Shown: positions 32,372 to 46,691 of the stretch, piece by piece
Layout of the letters: each line of letters opens with the position of its first letter
Numbering within the stretch: the stretch's first letter is position 1
From: an uncultured delta proteobacterium
Lineage (GTDB): Bacteria; Myxococcota; Myxococcia; Myxococcales; Anaeromyxobacteraceae
Assembly (NCBI GenBank): GCA_963828255.1
Contig: CAWHDZ010000011.1
Location: 192,001-256,000 of the forward strand
Direction: 5' to 3'
DNA: 64,000 nucleotides
Program-made: the position numbers and the translations under genes
Notes under the pieces: generated by a model
The model's input: only the letters and a program-made list of their open reading frames with translations
Database searches by the model: none
What the model was told of the DNA's origin: nothing

Positions 32372-34012
32372 ATGGACGAGATCCGCGCCCCGCGAGGCAC
32401 CACCCTCTCCTGCCGGGGCTGGGTCCAGGAGGCCGCCCTCCGGATGCTCATGAACAACCTCGACCCGGAGGTGGCCGAGCGCCCCCAGGACCTGGTGGTC
32501 TACGGCGGCACCGGGAAGGCGGCGCGGAACTGGGAGAGCTACCACCGCATCGTGGCGGCGCTGCGCGACCTGCGCGACGACGAGACCCTGCTCGTGCAGA
32601 GCGGCAAGCCGGTGGGCGTGGTCGGCACCCACCCCGACGCGCCGCGCGTGCTCATCGCAAACTCGAACCTGGTCGGGCGCTGGGCCACCTGGGAGCACTT
32701 CCGGGACCTGGAGGCCCGCGGCCTCATGATGTACGGCCAGATGACGGCCGGCTCCTGGATCTACATCGGCACCCAGGGGATCCTGCAGGGCACCTACGAG
32801 ACCTTCGCGCAGGCTGGACGGACCCACTTCGGCTCGGACGACCTCGCCGGGCGCCTCGTCCTCTCCGGCGGCCTCGGTGGGATGGGGGGCGCGCAACCGC
32901 TCGCCGCGACCATGCTGGGCGCCGCCTACCTCGGGGTGGACGTGGACCCGGAGCGGATCGGGCGGCGGGTGGCCCAGGGCTACCTCGACGAAGGGGCGGA
33001 CTCGCTCGACGACGCCCTCTCCCGGCTCGACGCCGCCCGGCGGGAGCGGCGCCCGCTCTCGGTGGGGCTGTGCGGGAACGCGGCCGGGGTCTACCCGGAG
33101 CTGGTCCGGCGCGGCATCGCCCCCGACCTGGTCACCGACCAGACCTCGGCCCACGACCCGCTCCACGGCTACGTGCCGGCCGGGCTCTCCCTGGCCGAGG
33201 TTGCTTCACTTCGCGTGAATGACCCGGCGCAGGTGGTCCGCCGCGCGAAGGAGTCCATGGGGGTCCAGGTGGAGGCCATGCTGGCGCTCCGGGCGCTGGG
33301 CAGCCAGGTCTTCGACTACGGCAACAACCTGCGCGCCGGGGCGCAGGACGCCGGCGTGGCCCGGGCCTTCGACTACCCGGGCTTCGTCCCGGCCTACATC
33401 CGGCCTCTCTTCTGCGAGGGGCAGGGCCCCTTCCGCTGGGCCGCCCTCTCCGGCGACCCGGCCGACATCGCCGCCACCGACGCCGCGGTGGCCCGCCTCT
33501 TCCCGGAGAAGCGCGGCCTGCTCCGCTGGCTCGACCTCGCCGCACGCAAGGTGAAGTTCCAGGGGCTCCCGGCCCGCATCTGCTGGCTCGGGTACGGCGA
33601 GCGGGACCGGGCCGGCCTGGCCTTCAACGAGATGGTGCGACGGGGGGAACTGCGCGCCCCGGTGGTCATCGGGCGCGACCACCTCGACTGCGGCTCGGTG
33701 GCGTCGCCCAACCGCGAGACCGAGGCCATGAAGGACGGCTCCGACGCGGTGGCCGACTGGCCCATCCTGAACGCGCTGCTCAACGCCGTGAACGGCGCCT
33801 CCTGGGTGAGCTTTCACCACGGTGGCGGGGTGGGAATCGGCTACTCGCTCCACGCCGGTCAGGTCGTGGTGGCCGACGGCACCGACGCCGCAGCACGCCG
33901 GGTGGCCCGGGTGCTGCGCGGCGACCCGGCCATGGGCGTCCTCCGCCACGCCGACGCCGGATATCCCGAGGCGCAGGCCGTGGCCCGGGAGCGCGGCGTG
34001 AGGATCCCGTGA
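32372..34012 (+). CDS. hutU: Urocanate hydratase
   Basis: [36 protein letters not shown]. Confidence 0.97.
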   Translation: MDEIRAPRGTTLSCRGWVQEAALRMLMNNLDPEVAERPQDLVVYGGTGKAARNWESYHRIVAALRDLRDDETLLVQSGKPVGVVGTHPDAPRVLIANSNLVGRWATWEHFRDLEARGLMMYGQMTAGSWIYIGTQGILQGTYETFAQAGRTHFGSDDLAGRLVLSGGLGGMGGAQPLAATMLGAAYLGVDVDPERIGRRVAQGYLDEGADSLDDALSRLDAARRERRPLSVGLCGNAAGVYPELVRRGIAPDLVTDQTSAHDPLHGYVPAGLSLAEVASLRVNDPAQVVRRAKESMGVQVEAMLALRALGSQVFDYGNNLRAGAQDAGVARAFDYPGFVPAYIRPLFCEGQGPFRWAALSGDPADIAATDAAVARLFPEKRGLLRWLDLAARKVKFQGLPARICWLGYGERDRAGLAFNEMVRRGELRAPVVIGRDHLDCGSVASPNRETEAMKDGSDAVADWPILNALLNAVNGASWVSFHHGGGVGIGYSLHAGQVVVADGTDAAARRVARVLRGDPAMGVLRHADAGYPEAQAVARERGVRIP

Positions 34013-35286
34013 CTCCCACGCTGGCCGTCCGCCGTGCCTCCCTCGCCACCTGCGACCGGGGCCCCTCCGACGCGGGGATCCTCGCCGATGGCGCGCTCGT
34101 GGTGCAGGACGGCGCGGTGTGCTGGATCGGGCCGGACGCCGAGGCGGAGAAGCGCTTCGACCTCTCGTCCACCTTCCAGATCGACGCACGCGGCCGGCTC
34201 GTCACCCCGGGGCTCGTGGACTGCCACACGCACCTCCTGTTCGGGGACCGGGGCGAGCGGGAGGAGGAGTTCGCCGAGCTCGCCTCGGGTGTGCCCTACG
34301 TCGAGATCGCCCGCCGGGGCGGGGGCATCCTGGCAACGGCGCGGGCCACGCGGGAGTCGTCCGACGAGGCGCTGGTCTGGGGCGCGGTGGCCCGGGCCCG
34401 CCGCCTGCTCGCCCAGGGCGTGACCACGGTGGAGGTGAAGAGCGGCTACGGGCTCTCCGTGGCCGAGGAGCTCCGGATGCTGCGGCTCGTCCGGGAGGTG
34501 GCCCGGTCGCTCTCGGGCGAGATGACCGTGGCGCCGACGCTGCTCGCGCTCCACGCCGTCCCGCCGGAGCTTCGCGGCGACCGCGCCGCCTGGGTCCGGG
34601 AGGTGCTCGAGGTCCTCCTTCCTGCGGTGGCAGCCGGCCGGCTCGCCGGCTTCTGCGACGCCTTCGTGGCCCCGACCGCCTTCGGGGTGGAGGATGCGCG
34701 CCGCGTGCTCGAGGCGGGCCGCGCCCTGGGGCTCGTCCCGCGGCTCCACGCCGACCAGCTCTCCGACGACGGTGCCGCCCTGCTCGCCGCCGAGGTGGGA
34801 GCGTCCTCGGCCGACCACCTGGAGAACGTGAGCGAGGCCGGCATCACCGCCATGGCCCGGGCAGGCGTGGTGGCGGGGCTGCTCCCCACCTCCACCCTGC
34901 TCGCCCGGGTCCGGCCCTTCGCACCCGGGCGACGCCTCGTGGACGCGGGCGTGGCGGTGGCGCTCGCGACCAACGTGAACCCCGGCACGGCGATGAGCGA
35001 GAACGTGGGGCTCACCCTCTCGCTCGCCTGCCTGGAGGGAGGGCTGACCCCGCCGGAGGTGCTGGTGGCGGCCACCGCCGGCGGAGCGCTCGCGCTGCGG
35101 CTCGCGGACGCGGGGCGGCTCGCGCCCGGGATGGCGGCCGATCTGGTTCTCTGGGGGGCGCGGTCCCCGGCCCACCTCTGCTGGCACGTCGGCGTGAACC
35201 ACGCGTTGCTGGTGGTGAAGGGCGGCCGCGTCGTCCACCGGGCCGAGGGCTGGTCGGCGGCGGATTGCGCGGCGGGTCTCTCCTGA
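34009..35286 (+). CDS. hutI: Imidazolonepropionase
   Basis: [31 protein letters not shown]. Confidence 0.95.
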   Translation: MTPTLAVRRASLATCDRGPSDAGILADGALVVQDGAVCWIGPDAEAEKRFDLSSTFQIDARGRLVTPGLVDCHTHLLFGDRGEREEEFAELASGVPYVEIARRGGGILATARATRESSDEALVWGAVARARRLLAQGVTTVEVKSGYGLSVAEELRMLRLVREVARSLSGEMTVAPTLLALHAVPPELRGDRAAWVREVLEVLLPAVAAGRLAGFCDAFVAPTAFGVEDARRVLEAGRALGLVPRLHADQLSDDGAALLAAEVGASSADHLENVSEAGITAMARAGVVAGLLPTSTLLARVRPFAPGRRLVDAGVAVALATNVNPGTAMSENVGLTLSLACLEGGLTPPEVLVAATAGGALALRLADAGRLAPGMAADLVLWGARSPAHLCWHVGVNHALLVVKGGRVVHRAEGWSAADCAAGLS

Positions 35287-35559
35287 GCGGGCGGCAAGTT
35301 GGCCGGGCCGAGCTTTGGTCGGGACCGCGGGGGTCGCGCACACCGTCCGTTCCGCGGACCTTCGGCCAGTTGGGGTGTGCGCGAACGAAGCTATTGACAG
35401 CGCTTCCGTGAGAGTCGGCTTCGGTGAAGCGGTGGCCGAAGGAATGTTCCTGTCGCTGCGCAGGAGCCTCGTCCGCGGGACTTCGCCGCGTCTGGCGAGG
35501 TTCGAGATCTCCGGGCGAAAGGACGCGATGGCGGGGATCCTCGTGCGTTCCAGGGGGCC

Positions 35560-36500
35560 CGATCCTTCCACTCCCGACTCACCGACCTCCTTCGCGTCGA
35601 GTTCGTTTCACTGGACGCCTTCCTCGAGGCCCTGGCCGAGTTCGACCAGCGAAAGCTCTTCCGCACCCTCGGCCACGCGGACCTCTTCGCGTATCTCCAC
35701 AAGGGGTTGAAGCTCTCGCGCGCGGCGGCTCATCACCGGCGCGCCGCCGCATGGCTCGTCCAGCGAGTCCCCGAGGTGCTGGAACCGATCCGCGAATGGA
35801 AGCTGTGCTTCACCACCGCGTCGGTGCTGGCCTCGGTTGCGACGGAGGAGAACCTGGCCGCGGTGCTTCCGCGATTCTACGGCCTCTCCAAGCAGGAGGC
35901 GCTGGGACTGGCGGCGGAGCTGAAGCCGCGGACGGTGGTCCCGAGGAGGACGGTGGCCAACCGTGTGCAACCGTCTCGGCCGGTGGACCCGGTCGCGGAG
36001 GTGAGACAGACGGTTCCGGAAATTCGCCCAGGCGAACTCTGGGCGCCCCGGACGGGGGCGGAACGGTCCGTCGTGGAGCGGACGGCCGTCGAGCCGATGA
36101 CCGCCTCGTCGAGCCGGATGCACGTCACGGTTTCACGGGAGTTCCTGGCTCTCTTGAAGAAGGCGAAGGCGGGGGACTCGCACCGGAATCCAGGGGCGAG
36201 CGACGAGGAGGTGCTCACGGCGGCGCTGCTGTTGCTCATCGAGAAGCAGGCGAAGCGGAAGGCCTGCGTGCCGGCCAGGGTGAAGCGCGAGATCGCGAAG
36301 AGGGACGAGGGGAGATGCCAATGGAAGCTGGCCGATGGAGGAGTCTGCGGGGCGACGGTGAGGCTGGAGGTGGACCACGAGGTGCCGCGCGCCAGGCCTA
36401 CGGCGACGCGCACATGGACCATTTCACCCGTGGTGGATCTTCCGGCGACGTCACGTTGGCGCGGGAGGACGTCGCGGCCTACGGGGTGGAATCCGCTCCT
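35560..36500 (+). pseudogene. Degenerate myxobacterial HNH-endonuclease family gene
   Basis: No in-frame ATG/GTG/TTG before the conserved-looking N-terminus; the HNH domain RDEGRCQW...CG...LEVDH is cut at 36384-36393 and continues in another frame (ARQAYGDAHMDHF); boundaries approximate. Confidence 0.7.
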
Positions 36501-36544
36501 CCCCGGCTGCGCTGGCGTCGGGGGGGCGCTACGATACGGGAACG

Positions 36545-37369
36545 ATGTGCCGCCTCTTCGGCCAACTCTCCTCCGCCCACCGCACGGCCTGCCAGCCGCT
36601 CTGCAGCGCCGAGAACGCGCTGCGGACCCAGTCGCATCTCCACCCGCACGGCTGGGGCATCGCCTGGTACGGCGCGCGCGGCCCCCAGGTCCGCCGCGGG
36701 GTGATGGCGGCCCACGCCGACCTGGACTTCGTCCGGGCCGGGAGACGCGCCCGCTCCCGCATCGTGCTGGCGCACGTGCGCGACGCCAGCGTCGGCCGGG
36801 TGGCGCTCGAGAACACCCACCCCTTCGTCGAGGGGCCCTGGGTCTTCGCCCACAACGGGACCGTGGCCCGCTACAAGCGCTCCCGCGCGGTCCGGGAAGC
36901 ACTGATCGCCGCCATCTCGCCGGCTCGTCGCCGGGCGCTCCGCGGGGAGACCGACAGCGAGCGCTGCTTCCAGCTCTTCCTGTCGCGGCTCGACCTGCGC
37001 ACCGGGCGTGGCCGGGCCACCGTCGAGGAGGTCCGCACCGCGATGGCGGACACGGTGGCGATCGTCCGCGCGGTCGCCGACCGGGGCGAGCTGCGCTCCA
37101 CCCTCAACTTCCTGGTCTCGGACGGACGCCTGCTCTGCGCCTGCCGCCTCGGCAAGCCGCTCCACGTCTCGACCGGCGCCGGACCAGGCCGGATCTTCGC
37201 GGTGGCCAGCGAGCCCATCGGACGTTCGGGCTGGGAGGTGGTCCCGGAGGGCGGCTTCGTCGGCGTGGACGGCGCCCTGCGGGTGATGCGGGCCCCGCTC
37301 GGGATCAGCGGGCCCGCGGGGCCAGCGCCCGGGCCAGCCCGGCGTGCCGCTCCCCAACCCCGACGATGA
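36545..37369 (+). CDS. Class II glutamine amidotransferase (YafJ/EgtC-like)
   Basis: MCRLFG N-terminal Cys, GWGIAWY, AHVR, NTHPF, FAHNG, GETDSE. Confidence 0.92.
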   Translation: MCRLFGQLSSAHRTACQPLCSAENALRTQSHLHPHGWGIAWYGARGPQVRRGVMAAHADLDFVRAGRRARSRIVLAHVRDASVGRVALENTHPFVEGPWVFAHNGTVARYKRSRAVREALIAAISPARRRALRGETDSERCFQLFLSRLDLRTGRGRATVEEVRTAMADTVAIVRAVADRGELRSTLNFLVSDGRLLCACRLGKPLHVSTGAGPGRIFAVASEPIGRSGWEVVPEGGFVGVDGALRVMRAPLGISGPAGPAPGPARRAAPQPRR

Positions 37370-37799
37370 CCAGGCGGCGGCCGGAGGGGCACCCGTCCTC
37401 GTGGGAGAGCCGGATCTCCAGACGCTCGGCCGGGAGAGCGCCCGGGAAGCGGTCGGCCCACTCCACCACGGTGGCCCCGGACCGCCCCACCAGGTCGTGG
37501 AACCCGGTGGCGTGGAGCTCGTCCTCGTCGCCCACCCGGTACAGGTCGGCGTGATTCACCAATAGTCTACCCCGGTAGGTGGCCACGATGGCGAAGGTGG
37601 GGCTCGAGACCTCGCCGTCGGGGACCCCGGCCCCGGTACAGATGCCGCGGGCCAGCTGGGTCTTCCCGGCGCCGAGCTCCCCGGAGAGGGCCACCACGTC
37701 CCCCTCGCCGAGCCTCCGTCCGATGCGCTCGCCGAGCCTTCGGGTCTCGCCCGCCGACCGGCTGGTGCGCTCGAGGCGCACCACCGCCGGCTGGCTCAC
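37305..37799 (-). CDS. tsaE: tRNA threonylcarbamoyladenosine biosynthesis ATPase
   Basis: GELGAGKT, SSPTF, HADLYR, VVEW. Confidence 0.93.
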   Translation of the reverse strand: MSQPAVVRLERTSRSAGETRRLGERIGRRLGEGDVVALSGELGAGKTQLARGICTGAGVPDGEVSSPTFAIVATYRGRLLVNHADLYRVGDEDELHATGFHDLVGRSGATVVEWADRFPGALPAERLEIRLSHEDGCPSGRRLVIVGVGERHAGLARALAPRAR

Positions 37800-39334
37800 C
37801 GGCCCCACTCGGCCCAGACCGCGCCGATGGCCTCGGCCAGGTCCCCGGCCACCATCCCGCGCTCGCCGTGCCGGCTCGCCGCGATGTCGCCGGCGCGCCC
37901 GTGCACCCATGCGGCCACCCGCGCCGCCTCGCGCGGGCGCATCCCGCCGGCCAGCAGCGCTCCCAGGAGTCCCGCCAGCACGTCTCCGGTCCCGCCGGTG
38001 GCCATGCCCGGGTTCCCGGTGGGGATGATCGCAGCAGGGCCGTCCGGGTCGGCCACCACCGTCCGCGCTCCCTTGAGCACCACCACCGCGCCCCATTCCT
38101 GCGCCTTGCGGCGGGCGATGGCGACCCGGTCGGCCTGGACGTCCTCGATGCTGCCCCCGATGAGCCTGGCCATCTCGCCCGGGTGCGGAGTGAGCACGAT
38201 GGGCGCGTCGTGCCCGATGACCGCGACCAGCCCCGGGTGGTCGGCCAGCGCGTTGATGGCGTCGGCGTCGAGGACCGTGGGGAGCGGGTGGCGGTCGAGC
38301 AGGCCGCGGATGGCCGGGGCGGTCTCCGGGCCGCGGGGGATGCCCGGGCCGATGCAGAGCGCGTTGGCGCTCGCCGCGGCGCCCTGGAGCGCCGGGATGT
38401 CGCTCCGGCTCAGGCTGCCGGTCCCCGGGAGCGGCGTGCTCATGGCCTCCGGCCGCCCCGCCAGGGCAGGGCCGAGCACCTCCGGGCGGGAGGCCAGGGT
38501 CACGAGCCCCACGCCGCCGCGCAGCGCGCCGGTGAGCGCCAGATTGGCCGCGCCGGTCCGGCCGGCCGAGCCGGCCACGATGAGCAGCCGCCCCGCGTCT
38601 CCCTTGTGGGCCTCGCGGTCGCGGCGCGGGACGAGCGCGCGAACGGTCGCCTCGTCGAGGAGCTCGGCCGAGGCGAGGATGCGCGCGGCGGCCGCCGGGG
38701 GGATGCCGATGTCCACGACGGTGACGTCGCCGGCCAGGTCGGCGCCCGGCTGGAGGACCAGGCTCACCTTGGAGAAGGCGAAGGTGACGGTGGCGTCGGC
38801 CCGGACGGCAGGGCCGACGGCGTGCCCGGTGTCGGTGGAGAGCCCGGACGGGAGATCCACCGCGAGGACCAGGGCCCCCTGCTCGCGCAGCCCGGCGATG
38901 ATCTCGATGGCGGCCGCGAAATTTCCCTCGGCCGGACGCTCGAGCCCCGTGCCGAAGATGGCGTCCACGACCAGGTCGCCGCGGCGGACCGGGAAGTCCC
39001 TCAGCGCCTGGATCCCGGAGACGGGGATTCCGGCATCCTCGGCCGCCTTCCACGCGGCGGTGGACTCGGGACTCCCCTTCCCGGGCGCGCCCAGCGCGAC
39101 GACCAGCACCCCGCGACCCGCCGCCCCGAGGATCCGGGCGGCCACGAAGCCGTCGCCGCCGTTGTTCCCGCCTCCGCAGACCACGACGATCCGCCCGTCC
39201 TGCCCGGCCAGGCCGATGGCCGCGTCGGCCACGGCCCGCCCGGCCCGGTCCATGAGCGTCGCGGCCGGGATCCCCATCTCCTCGATGGCGATCCGCTCGA
39301 TGGCCCGAATCTCCTCCGCGTTCACCAGCCTCAT
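37796..39334 (-). CDS. nnr: Bifunctional NAD(P)H-hydrate epimerase/dehydratase
   Basis: GGGNNGGDG, DAIFGTG, DLPSG, TPHPGEMARL, ATGGTGDVL. Confidence 0.95.
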   Translation of the reverse strand: MRLVNAEEIRAIERIAIEEMGIPAATLMDRAGRAVADAAIGLAGQDGRIVVVCGGGNNGGDGFVAARILGAAGRGVLVVALGAPGKGSPESTAAWKAAEDAGIPVSGIQALRDFPVRRGDLVVDAIFGTGLERPAEGNFAAAIEIIAGLREQGALVLAVDLPSGLSTDTGHAVGPAVRADATVTFAFSKVSLVLQPGADLAGDVTVVDIGIPPAAAARILASAELLDEATVRALVPRRDREAHKGDAGRLLIVAGSAGRTGAANLALTGALRGGVGLVTLASRPEVLGPALAGRPEAMSTPLPGTGSLSRSDIPALQGAAASANALCIGPGIPRGPETAPAIRGLLDRHPLPTVLDADAINALADHPGLVAVIGHDAPIVLTPHPGEMARLIGGSIEDVQADRVAIARRKAQEWGAVVVLKGARTVVADPDGPAAIIPTGNPGMATGGTGDVLAGLLGALLAGGMRPREAARVAAWVHGRAGDIAASRHGERGMVAGDLAEAIGAVWAEWGR

Positions 39335-39723
39335 TCGCGACCTCCCTCGAGGACCACGACGGCGGCCGCGACGCCGGCGTCGTGCGTCAGGGACAGGTGG
39401 ACGCGGGACACCCCGCGCTCCCGGGCCGCCCGTTCGGCGACCCCGGACAGACGCAGCCGCGGCGCCCCATCCTCCCGTTCCACTTCCACGTCGGTCCAGT
39501 GGATCCCGGTGGGCGCGCCCAGGGCCTTGGATGCGGCCTCCTTGGCCGCGAAGCGCGCAGCGTACGGAGTGGCGCGGTCGGCCCGGGCGTCGCAGAAGCG
39601 TCTTTCACTTTCCGTGAAGCACCGGCGCAGGAAGCGCTCGGCCGTCCCGGCGCTCGCCCCCTCGCCGACCAGCCGCCGGATGCGCGCCACCTCGACCACG
39701 TCGATCCCCAGCCCCAGGATCAC
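39331..39723 (-). CDS. acpS: Holo-ACP synthase
   Basis: [22 protein letters not shown]. Confidence 0.95.
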   Translation of the reverse strand: MILGLGIDVVEVARIRRLVGEGASAGTAERFLRRCFTESERRFCDARADRATPYAARFAAKEAASKALGAPTGIHWTDVEVEREDGAPRLRLSGVAERAARERGVSRVHLSLTHDAGVAAAVVVLEGGRE

Positions 39724-40451
39724 GGTGCGCCCCGGGAGAGCAGGTCCTTCATCTCGCGGACCGCCCGCTCGAAGCCCACGAGGAGCGCCCGGGCCACGAT
39801 GGCGTGGCCGATGTTGAGCTCCTCGATCTCCCGGATGGCCACCACCGGAAGCACGTTCTGGTAGTTGAGGCCGTGACCGGCGGCCACCTGGAGCCCGAGC
39901 TTGGCCCCGGTCTTGGCGGCGTCCACGACCCGGGCGAGCTCCCTCCGCCGGTCGTCGGGGGTGCGGGCGTCGCAGTAGCGTCCGGTGTGGATCTCGATGG
40001 CGTGGGCCTCGAGCCGGACGGCCGCCTTCACCTGATCGGGGTCGGGATCGATGAAGAGCGAGACCATCACCTCCGCGTCCCGCAGTGTCTTCACGACCCG
40101 GGCCACCGTGTCGCGCCCCCGGATCACGTCGAGCCCACCCTCGGTGGTCAGCTCCTCGCGCCGCTCGGGCACCAGCGTCACCTCATCGGGGCGCAGCGCG
40201 TGTGCGACCTTCACCATCTCCGGGGTGGCCGCCATCTCGAGGTTGAGCCGGGTGGTGACGGTCTTCCGCATCACCTCCAGGTCGCGGTCCTGGATGTGGC
40301 GCCGGTCCTCCCGGAGGTGGATGGTGATCTGGTCGGCGCCGGCCAGCTCGGCCAGGATGGCCGCCGCGACCGGGTCCGGGTAGGCGGCGCGCCTCGCCTG
40401 CCGGAGGGTGGCGACGTGGTCGACGTTTACGCCGAGGCGGGGTCCGGGCAT
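39720..40451 (-). CDS. pdxJ: Pyridoxine 5'-phosphate synthase
   Basis: [35 protein letters not shown]. Confidence 0.97.
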   Translation of the reverse strand: MPGPRLGVNVDHVATLRQARRAAYPDPVAAAILAELAGADQITIHLREDRRHIQDRDLEVMRKTVTTRLNLEMAATPEMVKVAHALRPDEVTLVPERREELTTEGGLDVIRGRDTVARVVKTLRDAEVMVSLFIDPDPDQVKAAVRLEAHAIEIHTGRYCDARTPDDRRRELARVVDAAKTGAKLGLQVAAGHGLNYQNVLPVVAIREIEELNIGHAIVARALLVGFERAVREMKDLLSRGAP

Positions 40452-40492
40452 GGCGCGAATCTAGCGCGGTCCGGCCCCGCCGGGGGGCCCTT

Positions 40493-41896
<1,404 letters not shown>

Positions 41897-41917
41897 GGAT
41901 ACCTCCCTGGCGACAGT

Positions 41918-42721
41918 CTAGACGCTCGTGCCGGATTGGCCAGAAGCCCGAAGGGCCGCCGCCACCAGGATCGCCTGGCGGGAGGCCGCGACATCGTGCA
42001 CCCGGATGAAGGTGGCCCCGCCCAGGACCGCCGCGGTGACGGCAGCCAGCGTGCCGGGGAGCCGCTCCTCCGGGGGCGCGCCGGTGAGGGCGCCGATGAA
42101 GCTCTTGCGGGAAGGCCCGACCAGGAGCGGGCGCCCCAGGGAAAGGAGCGCGGGGAGGCGCGCCAGGATCTCCACGCTCTGCCCGGCCGTCTTGGCGAAG
42201 CCGATCCCGGGGTCGAGGACGATGCGCTCCCGGCCCACGCCGGCCGCCTCGGCCCGGGCCATGGCGGCTGCGAGTTCGGCCCTGACCTCCGCCACCAGGT
42301 CGTGGTAGGTGGCGCGCTCCCGCATGTCGCCCGGGGTGCCCCGCATGTGCATGAGGACCACCGGGGATCCGGACCCGGCGACGACCCGGGCCATCTCGGG
42401 GTCGGCGAGCGCGCGAACGTCGTTGACGAGGGCGGCCCCTGCGTCGAGCGCCGCCCGCGCCACCGCCGCCTTGGATGTGTCGATCGACACCGGCAGCGGG
42501 AAGCGCGCGCGCGAAAGCGCCTGGAGCACCGGGATCACCCGGGCGAGTTCCTCCTCCTCCGGGACCGGAGGCGCGCCCGGCCGGGTGGACTCGCCTCCCA
42601 CGTCCACGAGGTCGGCCCCCTCCGACGCCATGCGGAGCGCTTGCTCCACGGCGGCGCCCGGGTCGAGGAACCGGCCGCCGTCGGAGAAGGAGTCGGGCGT
42701 GACGTTCAGCACTCCGACCAC
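41918..42721 (-). CDS. folP: Dihydropteroate synthase
   Basis: LNVTPDSFSDGG, GGESTRPG, DPGIGF, SRKSF, RVHDV; the true start may lie slightly upstream. Confidence 0.95.
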   Translation of the reverse strand: MVGVLNVTPDSFSDGGRFLDPGAAVEQALRMASEGADLVDVGGESTRPGAPPVPEEEELARVIPVLQALSRARFPLPVSIDTSKAAVARAALDAGAALVNDVRALADPEMARVVAGSGSPVVLMHMRGTPGDMRERATYHDLVAEVRAELAAAMARAEAAGVGRERIVLDPGIGFAKTAGQSVEILARLPALLSLGRPLLVGPSRKSFIGALTGAPPEERLPGTLAAVTAAVLGGATFIRVHDVAASRQAILVAAALRASGQSGTSV

Positions 42722-42799
42722 GAACGCGCCAGGGGGCGCGAAGTCGCGCCCCCCGATGCGGATCGACGGCGTGAACAGGACGGGGCCCCGGGACGTGGC

Positions 42800-44725
<1,926 letters not shown>

Positions 44726-44844
44726 TTTCCGAAACCTCTTCCCGGGGGTCTTCCCCGTCCGCGACGAATAGGACCCCCAATATAACAGCGCGGGGCACCG
44801 GTGCAGTCCGCGATCGGGGGCTCCACCCGCGGAATCCCGGACGT

Positions 44845-46107
44845 TCACCCGCCGAAGCGCGCGTCGGCGCTCGGGTTCTCCGAGCGGACCCCCAGTTCCG
44901 GCACCCAGAGGACCCACCCCGCATCGTCCGCCAGGACCCTGAGCCCGTCCCGGACCTCCCGGGGCACCTTCCGGTCGATGAGCCAGGCCTTGAGCTTCTT
45001 CGAGCCGCGCCCCCCTCCGGGGCGGAAGCGGTCGCCGGGGCGCCTCCCGCGCCACCAGAGGGGCCAGACCGCTCCCGTCACCGAGCCCACCTCGAGCACC
45101 CCGCCCTCCGGCAGGGAGTGGGATCCCGGCCCCGCGATGCGGACCGGTTCGGCGGCGGGAGCGGTCGCCGGCGACGCCCGGATCGCGAGCGCCCCATAGC
45201 GGACGCAGGCCTCGAATCCCCTGGACAGCGGCGCCCGGGAAGGCCCGCGCCGGCCGAGCAGCGCCAGCACCGACTCGACCTGGCGCGCCTCCAGGTCGGC
45301 CCGCCTGCCCGTGGCCCTGCGCCAGAGGTCGCGCACCACCCGCCTCCGGACCGCGACCGGCTCGGCGAGGAGGTCGGCGATGCGGACCGCGCCCCCCTCC
45401 GCGAGACGCCGTCCCTCGCCGGCCAGCGCGCGTTCGTCGTCGCGCAGGAGGTCGGCTGCCCGGGCCAGGGCCCGGGATGCGTGCGGGGCCAAGGATCGGA
45501 GGACCGGGATCACCTCGGCGCGCACCCGGTTTCGCAGGAACCGCGGGGTCGCGTTGGACGGATCCTCGAGGTGGGCCAGGCCGCGCGCCCGCACGTGGGC
45601 GATCACCTCGGCGCGGGTGCGGTCGATGAGCGGGCGGACGATGGCGCCCCGTCGCGGCGGGATCCCCGACAGGCCGCGCGCGCCGGAGCCCCGGAGGAGG
45701 CGGAGGACGACCGTCTCGGCCTGGTCGTCCTGGGTGTGGCCGGTGGCGATTCGCGTCGCGCCCACCCGGGTGGCCTCGAGGCGCAGCGCGGCATAGCGGG
45801 CCCTGCGCGCCTCCGCCTGCACGTTGCCCCCGCGAACCTCGACCTTCACCCGGCGCAGGGGGACGCCAAGCGATGCGCACACCAGCGCACACGTGTCACC
45901 GTCGAGGTGGCTCCCGGGTCGCAGGCCGTGGTCCACGTGGAGCGCCGTGACCTCGCGGAGGTCGCCGGCGTCGCGCATCGCGGCGAGGGCCGAGAGGAGG
46001 GCCGTCGAGTCCGCTCCACCCGACAGGGCCACCAGGACGGTGTCGGTGTACCCAAGAAGGTACCTTCTCCGGCAAGTGTCCGTGACAGCTGAGGTAAACG
46101 TCTTCAC
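44845..46107 (-). CDS. tilS: tRNA(Ile)-lysidine synthase
   Basis: [37 protein letters not shown]; start at 46107 or 46140. Confidence 0.93.
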   Translation of the reverse strand: MKTFTSAVTDTCRRRYLLGYTDTVLVALSGGADSTALLSALAAMRDAGDLREVTALHVDHGLRPGSHLDGDTCALVCASLGVPLRRVKVEVRGGNVQAEARRARYAALRLEATRVGATRIATGHTQDDQAETVVLRLLRGSGARGLSGIPPRRGAIVRPLIDRTRAEVIAHVRARGLAHLEDPSNATPRFLRNRVRAEVIPVLRSLAPHASRALARAADLLRDDERALAGEGRRLAEGGAVRIADLLAEPVAVRRRVVRDLWRRATGRRADLEARQVESVLALLGRRGPSRAPLSRGFEACVRYGALAIRASPATAPAAEPVRIAGPGSHSLPEGGVLEVGSVTGAVWPLWWRGRRPGDRFRPGGGRGSKKLKAWLIDRKVPREVRDGLRVLADDAGWVLWVPELGVRSENPSADARFGG

Positions 46108-46143
46108 CCTATTGTCCCCTGATCTCCCTACACGGGCCACCTG

Positions 46144-46172
46144 TTGACCTCACCCCTCCATGTCGCCATGTT
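46144..46172 (+). promoter_or_regulatory. Putative sigma70 promoter
   Basis: TTGACC-17 nt-CATGTT directly upstream of the structured RNA. Confidence 0.6.
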
Positions 46173-46177
46173 CGGGT

Positions 46178-46267
46178 GCGTTGGTGGTTCGCCAAGCCGG
46201 GCCGAGAGACTCCCCTCCCTCTCTTGGCCTGCGGGGAGTCGGCAGAGATGCCGGCTCCTCTTTTTTT
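46178..46267 (+). ncRNA. Candidate three-hairpin sRNA or attenuator leader
   Basis: Hairpins at 46181-46195, 46200-46229 (loop CTCCCCTCCC) and 46233-46260 (GAGA loop) followed by T7. Confidence 0.6.
46233..46267 (+). terminator. Rho-independent terminator
   Basis: GGGGAGTCGGCA-gaga-TGCCGGCTCCTC-TTTTTTT. Confidence 0.85.
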
Positions 46268-46372
46268 GTTCATCGTCCCCCGGAACGTCCATCCGCGCGA
46301 CATCCTTGACCTTGTGTCGAGACGCGACGTATGAACGCAGAAACGCACCCAATCCTACCTCAGGGAGAATCG

Positions 46373-46594
46373 ATGGCCGGAACCGACAAGCGCAAGCAGT
46401 CACTCTACTTCCCCGAGGACATGCTGAACGAGATCCAGATCGAGGCCAACCGGCAGGACCGGTCGCTCTCCTGGATCGTGCAGCAGGCATGGAAGCACGG
46501 TCGCGACAAGATCAAGTCCCTCCCGTCGGTGAACGACTCCCTCTCCGGGGACTCGCGGCCGGACGAGCGCGAGGAGCGGGAGCGCGGCGTCTAG
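46373..46594 (+). CDS. Small myxobacterial RHH-like protein (TIGR04563, MXAN_4361/4362-like)
   Basis: DKRKQSLYFPEDMLNEIQIEANRQDRSLSWIVQQAWK, recognised from memory of the family; AGGGAG RBS. Confidence 0.8.
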   Translation: MAGTDKRKQSLYFPEDMLNEIQIEANRQDRSLSWIVQQAWKHGRDKIKSLPSVNDSLSGDSRPDEREERERGV

Positions 46595-46691
46595 GCGACC
46601 GCCCGGCCTCGCGGCACCCGGCGCATCGGAGCGATCCGGCGCGCCGTTGCTTTTTTGACTCCCGGTCCCCCCGGAGCGATACCGGGGGGAC

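Noticed and set aside
35707..37554. 615-aa ORF spanning the HNH remnant and the amidotransferase
   Set aside because: After the deletion junction it is Arg/Pro/Gly-rich out-of-frame read-through across a real gene.
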